Positions 19,520 to 33,430 are shown, counted from the first letter of the stretch. The stretch: 64,000 bases of DNA from an uncultured Gemmatimonadales bacterium (GCA_963828735.1 CAWHFW010000004.1:160001-224000); one strand, 5' to 3'. Made by a program: numbers and translations. The notes: a model not told the origin generated them from the letters alone.

Positions 19520-22182
19520 ACGGTCGCCCGGGTGCGATCCATGGTGCCACGCGTGGCGAGCGCCGCCTGCGCGGCCGCCAGCCGGGCGATCGGAATGCGG
19601 AACGGCGAGCAGCTCACGTAGTTCATCCCGAGCCGGTCGCAGAAGGCCACTGCGGTGGGGTCTCCGCCGTGCTCACCGCAGATCCCGAGCTTGAGATCGG
19701 GCCGCGTCCGGCGGCCCAGCTCGGTTGCCATCTGGATCAGCTTGCCCACGCCGGCCTGGTCCAGCACCTGGAATGGATCGTCCTCGATCACACCGTGCTC
19801 GATGTAGTACGGCAGGAAATGCCCGGCGTCGTCGCGGCTCAAGCCCCAGGTGGTCTGGGTGAGATCGTTGGTCCCGAACGAGAAGAACTGCGCCTCGCGG
19901 GCGAGCTCGTCCGCCGTGAGCGCGGCACGGGGCAGCTCGATCATGGTGCCGAGCAGGAACGGCACCGTGATCTGTCGCTCGCGAAACACCGCCTCCGCGA
20001 CCTCCCGCACCAGCAGTGCTTGCTTCCGGAACTCCACCACGCTCGCCGTGAGCGGAACCATCACCTCCGGCATGACGCGCCCCTTCCGCGCCGCCACCGT
20101 GCAGGCTGCCTCGAAGATGGCGCGGACCTGCATGCGGGTGATCTCCGGATAGACGATGCCGAGCCGGCATCCCCGAAGGCCGAGCATCGGGTTCACCTCG
20201 TGCAGCCGGTCGATGACGGTCTGCAGGGCGTCCACCGAGATCCCGAGCTCGCCGGCCAGCGTCTCGATCTCGGCGCGCTCCTTGGGCAGGAATTCGTGCA
20301 GCGGCGGATCGAGCAGGCGGATGGTGACCGGGAAGCCCTCCATCGCGCGATAGATCGCCTCGAAATCGGACCGCTGCATCGGGAGCAGCTTGGCCAGCGC
20401 CCGCTCGCGTCCCGCAGTATCCTGCGCGACGATCATCTCCCGCATGGCCGTCAGGCGGTCGCCGTCGAAGAACATGTGCTCGGTCCGGCAGAGCCCGATG
20501 CCCTCCGCGCCGAAATCGCGTCCGCGGTGCGCGTCCGCGGGCGTGTCCGCGTTGACGCGCACGCGGAGCTGCCGGATCCGGTCGGCCCACTGCATGAGGC
20601 GGTTGAAGTCGCCACTGAGTTCGGGCGTCCGGAGCGCGGCCTGGCCGGCGAACACCTTGCCGGTGCCGCCGTCGACCGTGATCCACTGGCCCTCGGCGAG
20701 CTGACGCCCGTTCACCGCGAGGTGCCCGGACCGCTCGTCCACCTGCAGCTCCTGCGCGCCGACCACGCACGGCTTCCCCATGCCTCGCGCCACGACCGCG
20801 GCATGCGAGGTCATGCCGCCTCGGGCGGTGAGGACGGCCTTGGCCATCACCATGCCGTGGAAGTCCTCGGGCGATGTCTCGCGCCGGACCAGGATGACCG
20901 CTTGGCCCGCACGGCCGAGCTTCTCGGCCCGGTCGGCGTCGAACACGATCGTGCCGCAGGCGGCGCCCGGCGATGCGGGCAGGCCGGTGGTGAGCAGGTC
21001 GAGCTGGCTCGTGGGATCGATCGTCGGGTGCAGCAGCTGGTTCAGGTCGTGCGGCGGAATGCGCGCGACCGCCTCTTCCTCGGAGATGAGCTCCTCGTCC
21101 ACCATCTCGCAGGCGATCCGCACAGCCGCGTGGCCCGAGCGCTGGCCTCGGCGCGTCTGCAGCATGTATAGGGTACCGCGCTCGATGGTGAACTCCATGT
21201 CCTGCACGTCGCGAAAGTGCCGCTCGAGCGTGCGCGCCACCCGCTCCAGCTCCTGGTAGGAGGCTGGCAGGCCGTCCTTCAGCGTCGCGATCGGGAGCGG
21301 GGTCCGAGAGCCCGACACGACGTCCTCGCCCTGCGCGTTGAGCAGGTATTCACCGTAGAGCGCCCGCTCGCCGGTGGACGGGTCGCGCGTGAATGCGACG
21401 CCCGTGCCGGAGTCCTCGCCCAGGTTGCCGTACACCATGGCGACCACGTTCACTGCGGTCCCCATGCTGTCGGGAATGTCGTGCAGCTTCCGGTAGTCGA
21501 TCGCCCGGCGGGTGTTCCAGCTCTCGAACACGGCCGCGATCGCGCCCCACAGCTGGTCCAGCGGGTCGCTCGGGAAGTCGCGGCCGGTCTCAGCCCGCAC
21601 GTGCTCCTTGAACCGGCGCACGATGCCCTGCATCTCCTCGACGGAGAGATCGATGTCCCGCTCGACCTTGCACCGCTGCCGGTGCTCCTCCAGAATGTGC
21701 TCGAACGGCTTCCGCGAGAGATCGAAGACCACACTGCCGTACATCTGCACAAACCGGCGGTAGGAATCCCAGGCGAACTGCGGATTGCGACTCTGCCGCG
21801 TGAGACCCTCGACGGTCACGTCGTTGAGGCCGAGGTTGAGGATCGTCTCCATCATGCCCGGCATCGAGACCGCGGCGCCCGAGCGCACGCTCACGAGCAG
21901 CGGATTGTCGCCGTCGCCGAAGTGCTTGCCAGTCGCGGCTTCGACCCGGTGCAAGGCGTTCTCCACCTGGATCTGAAGGCGCTTCGGAAACTGGTGGCTG
22001 TCGAGATAGCTGAGGCAGAGATTGCTGGCGATCGTGAAGCCGGGCGGAACGGGAATGCCGATGGTGGTCATCTCGGCGAGGCCGGCTCCCTTGCCGCCGA
22101 GCACGTCCTTCATCGCCGCGGTGCCGTCCGCGCGCCCCTGGCCGAAGAAGTAGACGAGGGGCTGGGCGTAGGGGCCGCTCAT
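19516..22182 (-). CDS. ppdK: Pyruvate, phosphate dikinase
   Basis: LGGKGAGLAEM, SVRSGAAVSMPGMM, GGMTSHAAVVAR phospho-His, GLCRTEHMF, SFGTNDLTQ. Confidence 0.97.
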   Translation of the reverse strand: MSGPYAQPLVYFFGQGRADGTAAMKDVLGGKGAGLAEMTTIGIPVPPGFTIASNLCLSYLDSHQFPKRLQIQVENALHRVEAATGKHFGDGDNPLLVSVRSGAAVSMPGMMETILNLGLNDVTVEGLTRQSRNPQFAWDSYRRFVQMYGSVVFDLSRKPFEHILEEHRQRCKVERDIDLSVEEMQGIVRRFKEHVRAETGRDFPSDPLDQLWGAIAAVFESWNTRRAIDYRKLHDIPDSMGTAVNVVAMVYGNLGEDSGTGVAFTRDPSTGERALYGEYLLNAQGEDVVSGSRTPLPIATLKDGLPASYQELERVARTLERHFRDVQDMEFTIERGTLYMLQTRRGQRSGHAAVRIACEMVDEELISEEEAVARIPPHDLNQLLHPTIDPTSQLDLLTTGLPASPGAACGTIVFDADRAEKLGRAGQAVILVRRETSPEDFHGMVMAKAVLTARGGMTSHAAVVARGMGKPCVVGAQELQVDERSGHLAVNGRQLAEGQWITVDGGTGKVFAGQAALRTPELSGDFNRLMQWADRIRQLRVRVNADTPADAHRGRDFGAEGIGLCRTEHMFFDGDRLTAMREMIVAQDTAGRERALAKLLPMQRSDFEAIYRAMEGFPVTIRLLDPPLHEFLPKERAEIETLAGELGISVDALQTVIDRLHEVNPMLGLRGCRLGIVYPEITRMQVRAIFEAACTVAARKGRVMPEVMVPLTASVVEFRKQALLVREVAEAVFRERQITVPFLLGTMIELPRAALTADELAREAQFFSFGTNDLTQTTWGLSRDDAGHFLPYYIEHGVIEDDPFQVLDQAGVGKLIQMATELGRRTRPDLKLGICGEHGGDPTAVAFCDRLGMNYVSCSPFRIPIARLAAAQAALATRGTMDRTRATV

Positions 22183-23573
22183 GCCGGAGTCGCCACCAGC
22201 GGGGACGCATGCCGAATCTGGACCAGGTCGCCGGGAATGGCCGTGGGATAGCTGCCCGAGAAGCAGGCGTGACAGTACTCGGTGTTCGGGCCGGACGCAC
22301 GCAGCATGCCGTCGAGCGACAGGTACCCGAGGGAATCGACGCCGAGGAACTCCCGGATCTCCTCGATCGAGTGCGTGGCGGCGATGAGCTCCTCCCGCGT
22401 GGGAGTGTCGATGCCGTAGAGGCACGGCCCGGTGATCGGCGGCGAGCCGAGGCGGAGATGCACCTCGTGCGCCCCCGCCGCGCGGATCATCTGAACCAGG
22501 CTCTGGCTCGTGTTGCCGCGGACGAGGCTGTCGTCCACCACCACCACGGACTTGCCCTGGATCACGTCTCGCACCGGATTGAACTTGATCTTCACCTTGG
22601 CCACCCGGTGGTCCTGGGTGGGGTTGATGAAGGTGCGACCGACGTAGTGGTTGCGGATGAGGCCGTACTCCAGCTTGGTGCCGGAGACCTCGGAGTAGCC
22701 GAGCGCCATCGCGTTCGAGCTGTCCGGAACGCTGAACACCACCTGCGCGCCGGGCGCGGGCTGCTCCCGGGCGAGCTGACGGCCGAGCTCGCGCCGCACG
22801 CGGTCCACCGACTCGCCGAAGACGGTGCTGTCGGGGCGGGCGAAGTACACCAGCTCGAAGACGCAGCGGCTGACGGGCCTGGGAGCGAGCCGGGGAAGCT
22901 CCGTGACCTGGCCGTCCTCGATCCGGACGAACTCGCCCGGCTGCAGCTCGCACGTGATGTTCGCGCCAAGCAGGTCGAGCGCGCAGGTCTCCGACGCCAC
23001 GACCATCCCGCCCGACAGGCGGCCCATCACGAGCGGCCGGAAGCCGCGGCTGTCGACCACCGCGTAGAGCGTGCGGCCGACGGTGATCACCAGGGTGTAG
23101 GCGCCGTCCACCTGCTCCAGCGCGTCCCGGATTTGGCCCTCGACCGTGTCGGCCTCCGAGCGCGCGATGAGATGCACGAGCACCTCGGTGTCGCTCGAGG
23201 TCGTGAAGATGGCACCCTTGTCGACCAGCTCCCGCTTGAGCTCGGCGGCATTGATGATGTTGCCGTTGTGCGCGATCGCGAGCGGTCCGCAGCGGGTCGC
23301 CACGTTGCAGGGCTGCGCGTTGGCGAGAACGGTGCTGCCGGTCGTCGAGTAGCGAGTGTGGCCCACGGCGACGTCGCCGGGCAGCGTCCCCAGGATCGGC
23401 TCCTCGAAGGTCTCGCTCACGAGCCCCATCCCGCGGTGCGAGCGGGCGTGGCCCTCGCGGTCGATCGCGACGATGCCGGCGCTCTCCTGCCCTCGGTGCT
23501 GCAGGGCGTAGAGGCCGAGATAGGTGAGCCGGGCCGCGTCAGGGATCCCGGAGACGCCGATGATGCCGCACAT
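22179..23573 (-). CDS. purF: Amidophosphoribosyltransferase
   Basis: N-terminal MCGI, QHRGQE, GHTRYST, VDDSLVRG, YGID. Confidence 0.97.
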   Translation of the reverse strand: MCGIIGVSGIPDAARLTYLGLYALQHRGQESAGIVAIDREGHARSHRGMGLVSETFEEPILGTLPGDVAVGHTRYSTTGSTVLANAQPCNVATRCGPLAIAHNGNIINAAELKRELVDKGAIFTTSSDTEVLVHLIARSEADTVEGQIRDALEQVDGAYTLVITVGRTLYAVVDSRGFRPLVMGRLSGGMVVASETCALDLLGANITCELQPGEFVRIEDGQVTELPRLAPRPVSRCVFELVYFARPDSTVFGESVDRVRRELGRQLAREQPAPGAQVVFSVPDSSNAMALGYSEVSGTKLEYGLIRNHYVGRTFINPTQDHRVAKVKIKFNPVRDVIQGKSVVVVDDSLVRGNTSQSLVQMIRAAGAHEVHLRLGSPPITGPCLYGIDTPTREELIAATHSIEEIREFLGVDSLGYLSLDGMLRASGPNTEYCHACFSGSYPTAIPGDLVQIRHASPLVATPA

Positions 23574-23576
23574 GCC

Positions 23577-25892
23577 TTACTCTCCCGCCGAGCGGTCCAC
23601 GTCCGGATGCTGCATCCGGCGCGGGATCGCCATGAAATAGGTCTGGCGCAGCGTGTCTACAGGCCAAGTGAACACCCGAGAGCCGAGCCGCAGTTCCAGC
23701 ACGCCGGCGGGGGCGGTGACGCGACCCGCGTGGTGCACCGGGACCCCGTGTTCCCTCGCGAGCGCCATGACGGCCTCTAGATGCTCCGGGTTCACCGAAA
23801 CGACTGCCCGGGCGCCGTTCTCGCCGTACAGCAGCCCGTCGGCCGGCGCATCCGCGCCCAGCGCCGTGAGGTCCACCGAGGCGCCGAGCCCACCCTGGGC
23901 GTAGGCGCCGCCGAGGGCCGCTTCCGCCAGCGCGACGGCCAGTCCTCCCTCCGAACAGTCGTGCGCCGAGTGGAACAGCCGCCTCGCGGCCCCCGCGACG
24001 AGCAGACGCTGCAGGGACCGCTCGGCCTCGAGGTCGACGCGCGCGGGCCGGCCGCCGATGAAGTCGTACACCTCGGCCCAGTAGGCGGAGCCCCCGAGCT
24101 GGCCCGTCGTCGTCCCGAGGATGAGGATCTCGTCGCCCGCCGCCGAGAAGTGGCTCGACACCCGCGCCTCCACCTGCTCGAGCAGGCCGACCATTCCAAC
24201 CGTGGGGGTGGGATCGACGGCGCCCGTGGGACTCTCGTTGTAAAAGCTCACGTTGCCGCCCGTGACCGGCGTGTCGAACGCGCGGCAGGCGTCGGCGATG
24301 CCCCGGCAGGCCTCCCGGAACTGGAAGAACACCTCGGGCTTTTCCGGGTTGCCGAAGTTGAGGCAATCGGTGATGCCCAGCGGCAGTGCGCCGGTGCAGG
24401 CGATGTTCCGGGCGGCCTCGGCAACGGTGGCCTTGCCGCCTTCGTACGGGTCGAGCGCCACGAGGCGGTTGTTGCAGTCCACGGTCACCGCCAGCCCGAA
24501 CGTCGTGCCCGGGACCCGCAGGACGCCCGCGTCCCCGCCGGGGCCGAGGACCGTCGACGCCTGCACGGTCGAGTCGAACTGCTCGTACACCCAGCGCTTG
24601 CTCGCGATGGTGGGCGAATCGAGCAGCAGGGGAAGCGCGCCCTGGAGATCGGCCTTGGCGGGCGTGTCGGGAGCGGCGGCACGTCGGGCCTTCGCGTCCT
24701 CGCCTTCGCGCGCCTCGGGATCGTAGATCGGGCAGTCGTCCACCAGCCGCTGGCCCGGGATGGCCGCCACCACCAGCCCCTGGTGGCGGACGCGGAAGAC
24801 GCCGTCGTCGGTGACCTGGCCGATCGGGGTCGCGCCCAGCTCCCACTTGGCGCATACGCCCTGAATCTCGGGCACGCGGTGCGGTTCCGCCACGACGAGC
24901 ATGCGCTCCTGCGATTCGGAGAGCAGGATCTCGTACGGCGTCATCCCGGCCTCGCGGGTCGGCACGAGGCCGGTGTCGATCTCGACCCCCACGCCCCCGC
25001 GCGCGGCCATCTCGGCGCTCGAGCTGGTGAGACCCGCCGCGCCCATGTCCTGAATGGCGACGATCAGCCCCGAGGTGATGAGCTCCAGGCTCGCTTCCAG
25101 GAGGAGCTTCTCGGTGAACGGATCGCCCACCTGGACCTGCGGGCGGCGCGCCTCGCTCTTCTCGCTCAGCTCCTCCGACGCGAAGCTCGCGCCGTGGATG
25201 CCGTCTCGACCGGTTCGTGCCCCGACGCAAAGCAGGACGTTGCCTACGCCGTGGGCCGCGGCGCGGATCAACTCCGCCTCCCGAAGCAATCCGACGCACA
25301 TCGCGTTCACCAGGGGATTGCCGGTGTACCCCGGAGCGAAGCCGACCTCGCCGCCGAGCGTCGGGATGCCGACGCAGTTGCCGTAGTCACCCACGCCGCG
25401 CACGACGCCGGCGAACAGGTAGCGGTTCCGGGGAACATCGAGCGGCCCGAACCGCAGGCTGTTGAGCACCGCGACCGGGCGGGCGCCCATCGTGAACACG
25501 TCGCGCAGGATCCCGCCCACGCCCGTGGCCGCGCCCTGGTAGGGCTCGACGGCGGACGGGTGGTTGTGGGACTCGATCTTGAACGCGACCGCCCATCCGT
25601 CGGGCAGGCGGAGCACGCCCGCATTCTCGCCGGGACCCTGGACCACCTGGGGTCCGGTGGTCGGAAACCGCTTGAGGACGGGCTTGGAGTGCTTGTAGGA
25701 GCAGTGCTCCGACCAGAGCGCGGAGAAGACGCCGAGCTCCGTCAGGGTGGGCGCGCGGCCCAGCATCTCGACGATGCGGCCGTATTCGAGGTCGTTGAGG
25801 TTGTGCTCCGCGACCATCTCCGGGGTGACGGGGCGCTCGCCCGGCAAGGAGAACGCTTCGGTGGCACCGATGGCCGCGGCGGAGCCGGTCAC
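23577..25892 (-). CDS. purL: FGAM synthase subunit PurL (small type)
   Basis: [50 protein letters not shown]. Confidence 0.96.
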   Translation of the reverse strand: MTGSAAAIGATEAFSLPGERPVTPEMVAEHNLNDLEYGRIVEMLGRAPTLTELGVFSALWSEHCSYKHSKPVLKRFPTTGPQVVQGPGENAGVLRLPDGWAVAFKIESHNHPSAVEPYQGAATGVGGILRDVFTMGARPVAVLNSLRFGPLDVPRNRYLFAGVVRGVGDYGNCVGIPTLGGEVGFAPGYTGNPLVNAMCVGLLREAELIRAAAHGVGNVLLCVGARTGRDGIHGASFASEELSEKSEARRPQVQVGDPFTEKLLLEASLELITSGLIVAIQDMGAAGLTSSSAEMAARGGVGVEIDTGLVPTREAGMTPYEILLSESQERMLVVAEPHRVPEIQGVCAKWELGATPIGQVTDDGVFRVRHQGLVVAAIPGQRLVDDCPIYDPEAREGEDAKARRAAAPDTPAKADLQGALPLLLDSPTIASKRWVYEQFDSTVQASTVLGPGGDAGVLRVPGTTFGLAVTVDCNNRLVALDPYEGGKATVAEAARNIACTGALPLGITDCLNFGNPEKPEVFFQFREACRGIADACRAFDTPVTGGNVSFYNESPTGAVDPTPTVGMVGLLEQVEARVSSHFSAAGDEILILGTTTGQLGGSAYWAEVYDFIGGRPARVDLEAERSLQRLLVAGAARRLFHSAHDCSEGGLAVALAEAALGGAYAQGGLGASVDLTALGADAPADGLLYGENGARAVVSVNPEHLEAVMALAREHGVPVHHAGRVTAPAGVLELRLGSRVFTWPVDTLRQTYFMAIPRRMQHPDVDRSAGE

Positions 25893-26221
25893 CGCTGTTC
25901 CCAGTCGCGCACGTGCGGCAGGCTTCCCAGCGCGTCCGTGATGATGCGTGTCAGGAGCGCCGGACGGTGCTCGTGCGCCACCGCGTCCAAATCGTCCGCG
26001 TCGATCCACATGCCTCCGCAGCGCGGGCAGGTTTCGATCAACACGCCGTGATACTCCTTGCTCGCGAGGTCGTAGCCGTCCTTCGGACACTTCATGTAGT
26101 GGGTCTTCCGCTCGGCGGCCGTTGCGGCGGCCTCGGCGGCGGCGCGCTCCTTCTGGAGCAGCTCGGCGTCATGCTGGGCGAAATACTGGCCTTCGTTACG
26201 GCTGGGTCTTGGTATGGTCAT
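25889..26221 (-). CDS. zf-TFIIB-like zinc-ribbon protein
   Basis: NEGQYF N-terminal helix; MKCPKD...[12 protein letters not shown]. Confidence 0.8.
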   Translation of the reverse strand: MTIPRPSRNEGQYFAQHDAELLQKERAAAEAAATAAERKTHYMKCPKDGYDLASKEYHGVLIETCPRCGGMWIDADDLDAVAHEHRPALLTRIITDALGSLPHVRDWEQR

Positions 26222-26937
26222 GTGCTCGGCACGTTGAGCGACGAGCCCCGCGGCTGCCAGGCCGCGAGGGACGTGAAGAATCCGAGACCGTCGGGGATCC
26301 CGAGCAGGGTCTCTGCGATGCGCTCGGGGTGGGGCATGATCCCGACGACGGTGCCCGAGGCGTTGGAGATGCCCGCGATGTGGTTGGCGGAGCCGTTGGG
26401 GTTGGGCTGGAGCGGCGACGACTCGCTCCCCGGCACGTACCGCAGCACGACCCGTCCCTCGGCCTCGAGCATCCGGAGCGTGTCGTCGGCGGCGACGAAA
26501 CGGCCGTCGCCGTGCGCCACCGGCAGGCGGAGCCGCGTGCCGGGCGCGTAGGCCGAGGTGAACACGGTCTCGGTCCGCTCCACGACGACGTCCACCGGCT
26601 TCGAGACGAAGGTGAGGCCCGCGTTCCGCATGAGCGCGCCGGGGAGCAGGTGCGCCTCGCACAGGATCTGGAAGCCGTTGCAGATGCCGAGCACGGGGCC
26701 GCCTTCCGCCGCGTGGCGCTGGACGGCCTGCATCATGGGGCTGAACCGCGCGATCGCGCCCGAGCGGAGATAGTCGCCATAGCTGAAGCCGCCGGGCAGG
26801 AGCACGACGTCGGCAGCGCGAAGGCTCGTGTCACGATGCCACACGAAATACGCGTTCGCGCCGACCCGTTCGGCCGCGCGCAACGAGTCGAAATCGCAGT
26901 TGCTGCCCGGGAACCGCACCACCGCCACGTTGAGCAT
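26218..26937 (-). CDS. purQ: FGAM synthase glutaminase subunit
   Basis: FPGSNC, GGFSYGDYLR, GICNGFQ, MPHPER. Confidence 0.96.
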   Translation of the reverse strand: MLNVAVVRFPGSNCDFDSLRAAERVGANAYFVWHRDTSLRAADVVLLPGGFSYGDYLRSGAIARFSPMMQAVQRHAAEGGPVLGICNGFQILCEAHLLPGALMRNAGLTFVSKPVDVVVERTETVFTSAYAPGTRLRLPVAHGDGRFVAADDTLRMLEAEGRVVLRYVPGSESSPLQPNPNGSANHIAGISNASGTVVGIMPHPERIAETLLGIPDGLGFFTSLAAWQPRGSSLNVPST

Positions 26938-27191
26938 CAGGCGTCCTCCACCTGCAGGAGGTAGTCCTCGGTCACGGGATTCGCGAGCAGCTTGTCGCAC
27001 ATCTGCCGGACCCGCGTTTCGGCCTCGGCGCGCGACGCCGCCGACACCTCGAGCTCGATGGCCCGACCGATGCGCACCCCGCCGGCCTCGGCGAAGCCCA
27101 AGGCGGACAGCGCGTGCTCCACCGCCTGGCCCTGCGGATCGAGGAGTCCGGTTCTCGGCATCACCCGTACGTGTACCCGGTAGCTCATCAT
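26937..27191 (-). CDS. purS: FGAM synthase subunit PurS
   Basis: [15 protein letters not shown]. Confidence 0.95.
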   Translation of the reverse strand: MMSYRVHVRVMPRTGLLDPQGQAVEHALSALGFAEAGGVRIGRAIELEVSAASRAEAETRVRQMCDKLLANPVTEDYLLQVEDA

Positions 27192-28081
27192 TCCTCTGAC
27201 TGCTGGCGTCGGTCGGTCCAGCCCGCGCGCCGTTCGATGGGAGGGCCGGCCTGGCCCACTGCCCGGGCCGGCTCACCGGCCTCGGCGAGGTGCTCCTCGA
27301 CCGGCACGGTCTGCTCCTGCCGTTCCATGAGCCCCAGCACCGTCGCGCGGACGACGCCGAACGCGACGTAGAAGAGGCCCAGCGGAAACAGAAAATACTC
27401 TGGGGCGAGCACCGCGCCGAAGAGGATCGCGAGATGGACCGCCAGCCCGAAGATCCCCTTGGCGCTGCGGAGTCCGATCGGCGGAAACTTCGGATACTTC
27501 ACGTTGCTCACCATGAGCACCGCGAGCAGGAGCATCAGCACGACCAGACCCTGGTGCTGCAGGTCGAGGTAGGCCACGCTGGCGCGGTACCACTCGGTCT
27601 GGCTGAACGGGTAGTACACGGCCAGCGTCATGCCCGCCGAGGGTGAGGGCAGCCCGGTGAACCACCCGGTGGAGGGCTTGCCGGCCGACGTCACGTTGAA
27701 CCGCGCGAGCCGGAGCGCGACGGCCGTGACGTAGATGAACGAGAGGATCCAGGCGAACCGGCCCGCGCTCGCGAAGTCGAGGAAGTAGATGAGCAGGGCG
27801 GGGGCGACGCCGAAGGAGATCACGTCCACGAGCGAGTCGAGCTCCGCGCCGAACCGGGACCCCGTGTTCGACAGCCGGGCCACGCGGCCGTCGAGCATGT
27901 CGAGAATGCCGGAGAAGACGATGAACCATCCCGCCCAGCGGAAGTTGCCGTTGAAGGCGGAGACGATCGCCCAGAATCCGAAGAACAGGTTGCCGAGCGT
28001 GAACGCGCTCGGCATCACGACGACGACCTGCCGCATCGTCGGACGCCGGCGCGGGCCGCTCCCCCGAGGAATCAGCTCCAT
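27188..28081 (-). CDS. pssA: CDP-diacylglycerol-serine O-phosphatidyltransferase
   Basis: DMLDGRVAR...[28 protein letters not shown]; alternative start at 28036. Confidence 0.92.
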   Translation of the reverse strand: MELIPRGSGPRRRPTMRQVVVVMPSAFTLGNLFFGFWAIVSAFNGNFRWAGWFIVFSGILDMLDGRVARLSNTGSRFGAELDSLVDVISFGVAPALLIYFLDFASAGRFAWILSFIYVTAVALRLARFNVTSAGKPSTGWFTGLPSPSAGMTLAVYYPFSQTEWYRASVAYLDLQHQGLVVLMLLLAVLMVSNVKYPKFPPIGLRSAKGIFGLAVHLAILFGAVLAPEYFLFPLGLFYVAFGVVRATVLGLMERQEQTVPVEEHLAEAGEPARAVGQAGPPIERRAGWTDRRQQSEE

Positions 28082-28722
28082 TCGGCCACCACCGTTACCC
28101 CCACCCGCGTGGTGTCGCCCACGTGCGCCAGCACGCGGGTGCCCAGCGGAAGGAACAGGTCCACTCGCGAGCCGAACCGGATCATGCCCAGCCGCTCGCC
28201 CTGGTGCACCGCCGCACCGACCGGGTGGTCGGTCACGATGCGTCGCGCTACGAGCCCGGCGATCTGTCGGATGAGCACCTTGCCGCGCGCCGTGGCGAGC
28301 CCGATGGACGACTGCTCGTTGGAGAGGCTCGCCTTTTCCGCGCCGGCATGCCCGAACTCGCCGGGATTGTAGTTCCGGTAGGCTACGGTGCCGTCCGTCG
28401 GATACCGGTTCACGTGACAATCGAACACGTTCATGAAGATCGATATCCGCTGCGCGCGCCCACCGAAGAACGCCGGCTCCTCTACCTCGATCACACTCAC
28501 GACCTTGCCGTCCGCCGGGGCGACGATCAGCCGTTCGCCGCGCGACCACGGTCGCTCGGGATCGCGGAAGAACGCGACCACCCAGACGGCGAGGATACCC
28601 CAGACCGCCGCCGCCACGACCCATCCCGCCGACGTTCTCGCGACCGCCGTCCCGATCAACGCCAGTGCCACCGCCCACGCGCCGATGATGAACCAGCGCC
28701 CTTCCGGTGCGGTGCGGATCAC
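28072..28722 (-). CDS. psd: Phosphatidylserine decarboxylase proenzyme
   Basis: FFRDPER, APADG, SIFM, QIAG, RFGSRVD cleavage motif. Confidence 0.93.
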   Translation of the reverse strand: MIRTAPEGRWFIIGAWAVALALIGTAVARTSAGWVVAAAVWGILAVWVVAFFRDPERPWSRGERLIVAPADGKVVSVIEVEEPAFFGGRAQRISIFMNVFDCHVNRYPTDGTVAYRNYNPGEFGHAGAEKASLSNEQSSIGLATARGKVLIRQIAGLVARRIVTDHPVGAAVHQGERLGMIRFGSRVDLFLPLGTRVLAHVGDTTRVGVTVVAEWS

Positions 28723-29639
28723 GCCGTGTCCTCCAACGCGCGGCCGGTGATGAGCCGGAACGCCTCGAGGTAGCGCCGGCTCGTGGCCTCGACGACCTCG
28801 GCCGGCAGCGGCGGCGGTGGCGCCTCACCATTCCAGTGGCCCGCGGTCCTGAGGCCCGCGAGATAGTCGCGGAGCGGCTGCTTGTCGAAGCTCGGCTGGC
28901 TCCGGCCGGGCGTGTAGCGCTCGCCGGGCCAGAAGCGCGAGCTGTCCGGGGTCATCAGCTCGTCGATGAGGAGCAGCGTGCCCTCGGCGGTCGTTCCGAA
29001 CTCGAACTTGGTGTCGGCGATGAGGATGCCCTGGGAGGCCGCGTGATCTCGCCCGCCGCGGTAGATGGCGAAGCTCGCCTCCCGGAGGCGGGCCGTGAGC
29101 TCGCGACCCAGAGTCTCGGCCATCCGATCGATCGTCACGTTCTCGTCGTGCCCGCTCTCGGCCTTGGTTGCCGGCGAGAAGAGCGGGGGGTCGAGTCGGT
29201 CGCTTTCCCGGAGGCCGGCCGGCAGCGGCTCACCCGCGAGGGTGCCGCGATCGCGGTATTCCGCCCACGCTGAGCCCGAGAGATAGCCTCGCACGACACA
29301 CTCGAACGGCACCGGCGCGCTCCGGCGGACGAGCATCGCGCGGCCCGCGATCTCGCTCTCGCGCCCCGCGAGGGCGGGAACGCGCGCGACGACGTCGGCG
29401 GTGCGAGCCGTCACGTAGTGCGACGGAAAGACCGCGGCGAGCCGCTCGAACCAGAACGCGCTCATCTGGGTGAGCACCGCACCCTTCCGCGGGATCGGCT
29501 CGCGCATGACGATGTCGAACGCACTCACGCGGTCGCTCGCGACCAGCAGGAGATGAGCGGCGTCGACCTCGTACACCTCGCGGACCTTCCCACGGCGGAG
29601 CAGCGGGAGCGGCAGCCGGCTCTCGGTGATCGTCGTCAT
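28719..29639 (-). CDS. purC: SAICAR synthetase
   Basis: [36 protein letters not shown]. Confidence 0.96.
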   Translation of the reverse strand: MTTITESRLPLPLLRRGKVREVYEVDAAHLLLVASDRVSAFDIVMREPIPRKGAVLTQMSAFWFERLAAVFPSHYVTARTADVVARVPALAGRESEIAGRAMLVRRSAPVPFECVVRGYLSGSAWAEYRDRGTLAGEPLPAGLRESDRLDPPLFSPATKAESGHDENVTIDRMAETLGRELTARLREASFAIYRGGRDHAASQGILIADTKFEFGTTAEGTLLLIDELMTPDSSRFWPGERYTPGRSQPSFDKQPLRDYLAGLRTAGHWNGEAPPPPLPAEVVEATSRRYLEAFRLITGRALEDTA

Positions 29640-31071
29640 ACCCGCACCTCCGCCCCGCCGGCTTCGGCGGCCAGCGGCCGCGCGCGCTCGAGCAGCGGGT
29701 GCAGGTATTCGTCGAGAAACTCGCCGACCTGGCGGGCGGCCCGCCCCGTGTAGCTCGCGGGTTCGAGCTCGGCCCGGAGCGAGCTCGCGGGGACGTCCCG
29801 GAAGGCGGGATCCCCCGCGAGGCGGTCCAGGAGGTCGTTGCTCGCGCCTCGGCTCACGGCCTCGGCCACGGCGAGGCTGTGCTGGCGAATCACCTCGTGG
29901 AGCGCCTGGCGGTCGCCGCCCGCGCCGACGCCAAGCATGAGCCAGCGCTCGGTCGCCATGAAGGGCATCTGCTCGGCGACGTGCCGGCGGATCACGTCCT
30001 CCCGCACCTCGAGGCCCGCGGCGACGTTGGTCGCGAGGACGAGGATCGCGTCGGCTCCGAGGAACGCCTCGGGCAGGGTGAGGCGGCGATTGGCGCTGTC
30101 GTCGAGCGTGCGCTCGAGCCACTGGCTCGCGGCGGTGTGCGCGCCGTTGGCCTGGAGCGAGATGACGAATCGTGCGATGCCGGCGATGCGCTCGGCGCGC
30201 ATCGGGTTCCGCTTGTAGGCCATGGCGCTGGAGCCGATCTGCTCGGACTCGAACGGCTCGAGCAGCTCGCCTTCGTGCTGCAGGAGCCGAAGGTCGCCCG
30301 CCATCTTGCCCGCCGACTGCGCGATGCCGCTCAGCGCGTCGAGCACCGTGCTGTCGGCCTTGCGGGGGTAGGTCTGCCCGGTGACGGCGTATTGCTCGCG
30401 GAACCCGAGCTTGGCCGTAACCCGCCGTTCGAGCTCCCGCACCTTGCCGTCATCGCCGGCGAACAGCTCCAGGAAGGATGCCTGCGTGCCGGTCGTGCCC
30501 TGGCAGCCCCGGAAGCGAAGGGCCTCGAGCCGGTGCGCGATCTCCTCGACGTCGAGCGCGAAGTCCTGCATCCAGAGCGTCGCGCGTTTGCCGACCGTGG
30601 TGAGCTGCGCGGGCTGGAAGTGGGTGTAGGCAAGGCAGGGGATGTCCGCCGTGCGGCGCGCGAAACCCTCGAGCGCCGAGAGCACCGCGATCAGGCGTCC
30701 GAGCAGCAGCCGGAGTCCGTCCCGCATCACGATCAGATCGGCGTTGTCGGTGACGAACGCACTGGTGGCGCCCAGGTGGAGAAACGGCCGCGCCGCCGGC
30801 GCCTGGTCCCCGAAGGCATGCACGTGGGCCATGACGTCATGCCGGAAGCGGCGCTCGTACCGGCCGGCGGCCGCGAGATCGGCGTCGTCGAGGTGCGCGC
30901 GCATCTGCGCGAGCGCTTCGTCGGGAATGGCGAGCCCGAGCTCGCGCTCCGCTTCCGCCAGCGCGAGCCAGAGGCGGCGCCAGAGCCCGATCCGATGCGT
31001 CTCGCCCCACAGCCGTTGCATGGCGGGAGAGGCGTAGCGCGTTCCGAGCGGCGAGCGCCAGCGGTCGTCGG

Positions 31072-31075
<4 letters not shown>
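29636..31075 (-). CDS. purB: Adenylosuccinate lyase
   Basis: [39 protein letters not shown]. Confidence 0.95.
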
Positions 31076-32500
<1,425 letters not shown>

Positions 32501-32508
<8 letters not shown>

Positions 32509-33343
32509 CGCTCACCATCGCGTCGCGAGAGGAGGGCTCGTGCGTTCGGTGGGACAAGGGCTCGGCCGCGGCCTCCGGGCCGAGCACGTGATCGGCCGGG
32601 TAGGTGGCCCTCACGAAATAGAGTCCCTGAGGCGGCGCCGGCGGGCTCGTGCGCTGATTGTCTCCCAGCTCGAGCAACATGTCGATATCGGAGACCGGCC
32701 GCCGGCCCAGCCCGATGTCCACCATGGTGCCGACGAGCATCCGCACCATGTGGTGCAGGAATCGATCGGCCTCGACGTGGAAGCTCACGCCGCGGCCCTC
32801 GCGGCGTTCGGTCCACTCCGCCACCGCGAGCCGGCAGCGGTAGTGCCGTTTGGCCTGTCCGCTGACGGCGAAGGCGCGGAAGTCGTGCTCACCGTGCAGA
32901 AGCGTGGCCGCGGCGCGGAGTGACGGCAGCTCCAGGGGCCGCACGAGTGCCCATTCGAACGGGCGACGGAACGGCGAAGCCGCGGCGTCATCCATGCCGA
33001 TGTCATACCGGTACCGTCGGGTCAGCGCGCTCTTGCGGGCATGAAATCCGTCTTGCACGCGATCCACTCGCGCGACCCAGCAGTCCGGGGGCAGCAAGGC
33101 GTTGAGCGCACGGCGAAGGGCGGGTGGGGTCCACTGGTCGGGAGCGGCGAAGCTGACGGGAAGACCTTCCGCATGCACCCCGGCGTCGGTCCGACCGGCG
33201 GCGGAGGCGGCCGCGTGTGCTCCGAACAGGCGCTCGAGCACGCGCTCGAACTCGGCTTGGACCGAACGGCCGGCCGGTTGGCGCTGCCATCCGACAAACC
33301 CGGTGCCGTCGAAGTGCAGCGTGGCGAGAAAGGTCCGGCTCAT
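32501..33343 (-). CDS. truA: tRNA pseudouridine(38-40) synthase
   Basis: FDGTGFVGWQ, AGRTDAGVHA, FHAR, HDFRAF, FLHHMVR. Confidence 0.95.
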
Positions 33344-33402
33344 CGGCCCGCAATCTAGCGGGGAAGGACCCCCCGGGCAAGCTGCGCAACTGCTTGTCGT
33401 GA

Positions 33403-33430
33403 TTGACAAAAGGACGCTTCCGCAGATACT
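33403..33430 (+). promoter_or_regulatory. Putative sigma70 promoter of trpD
   Basis: TTGACA-N16-GATACT in the divergent truA/trpD gap. Confidence 0.5.
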
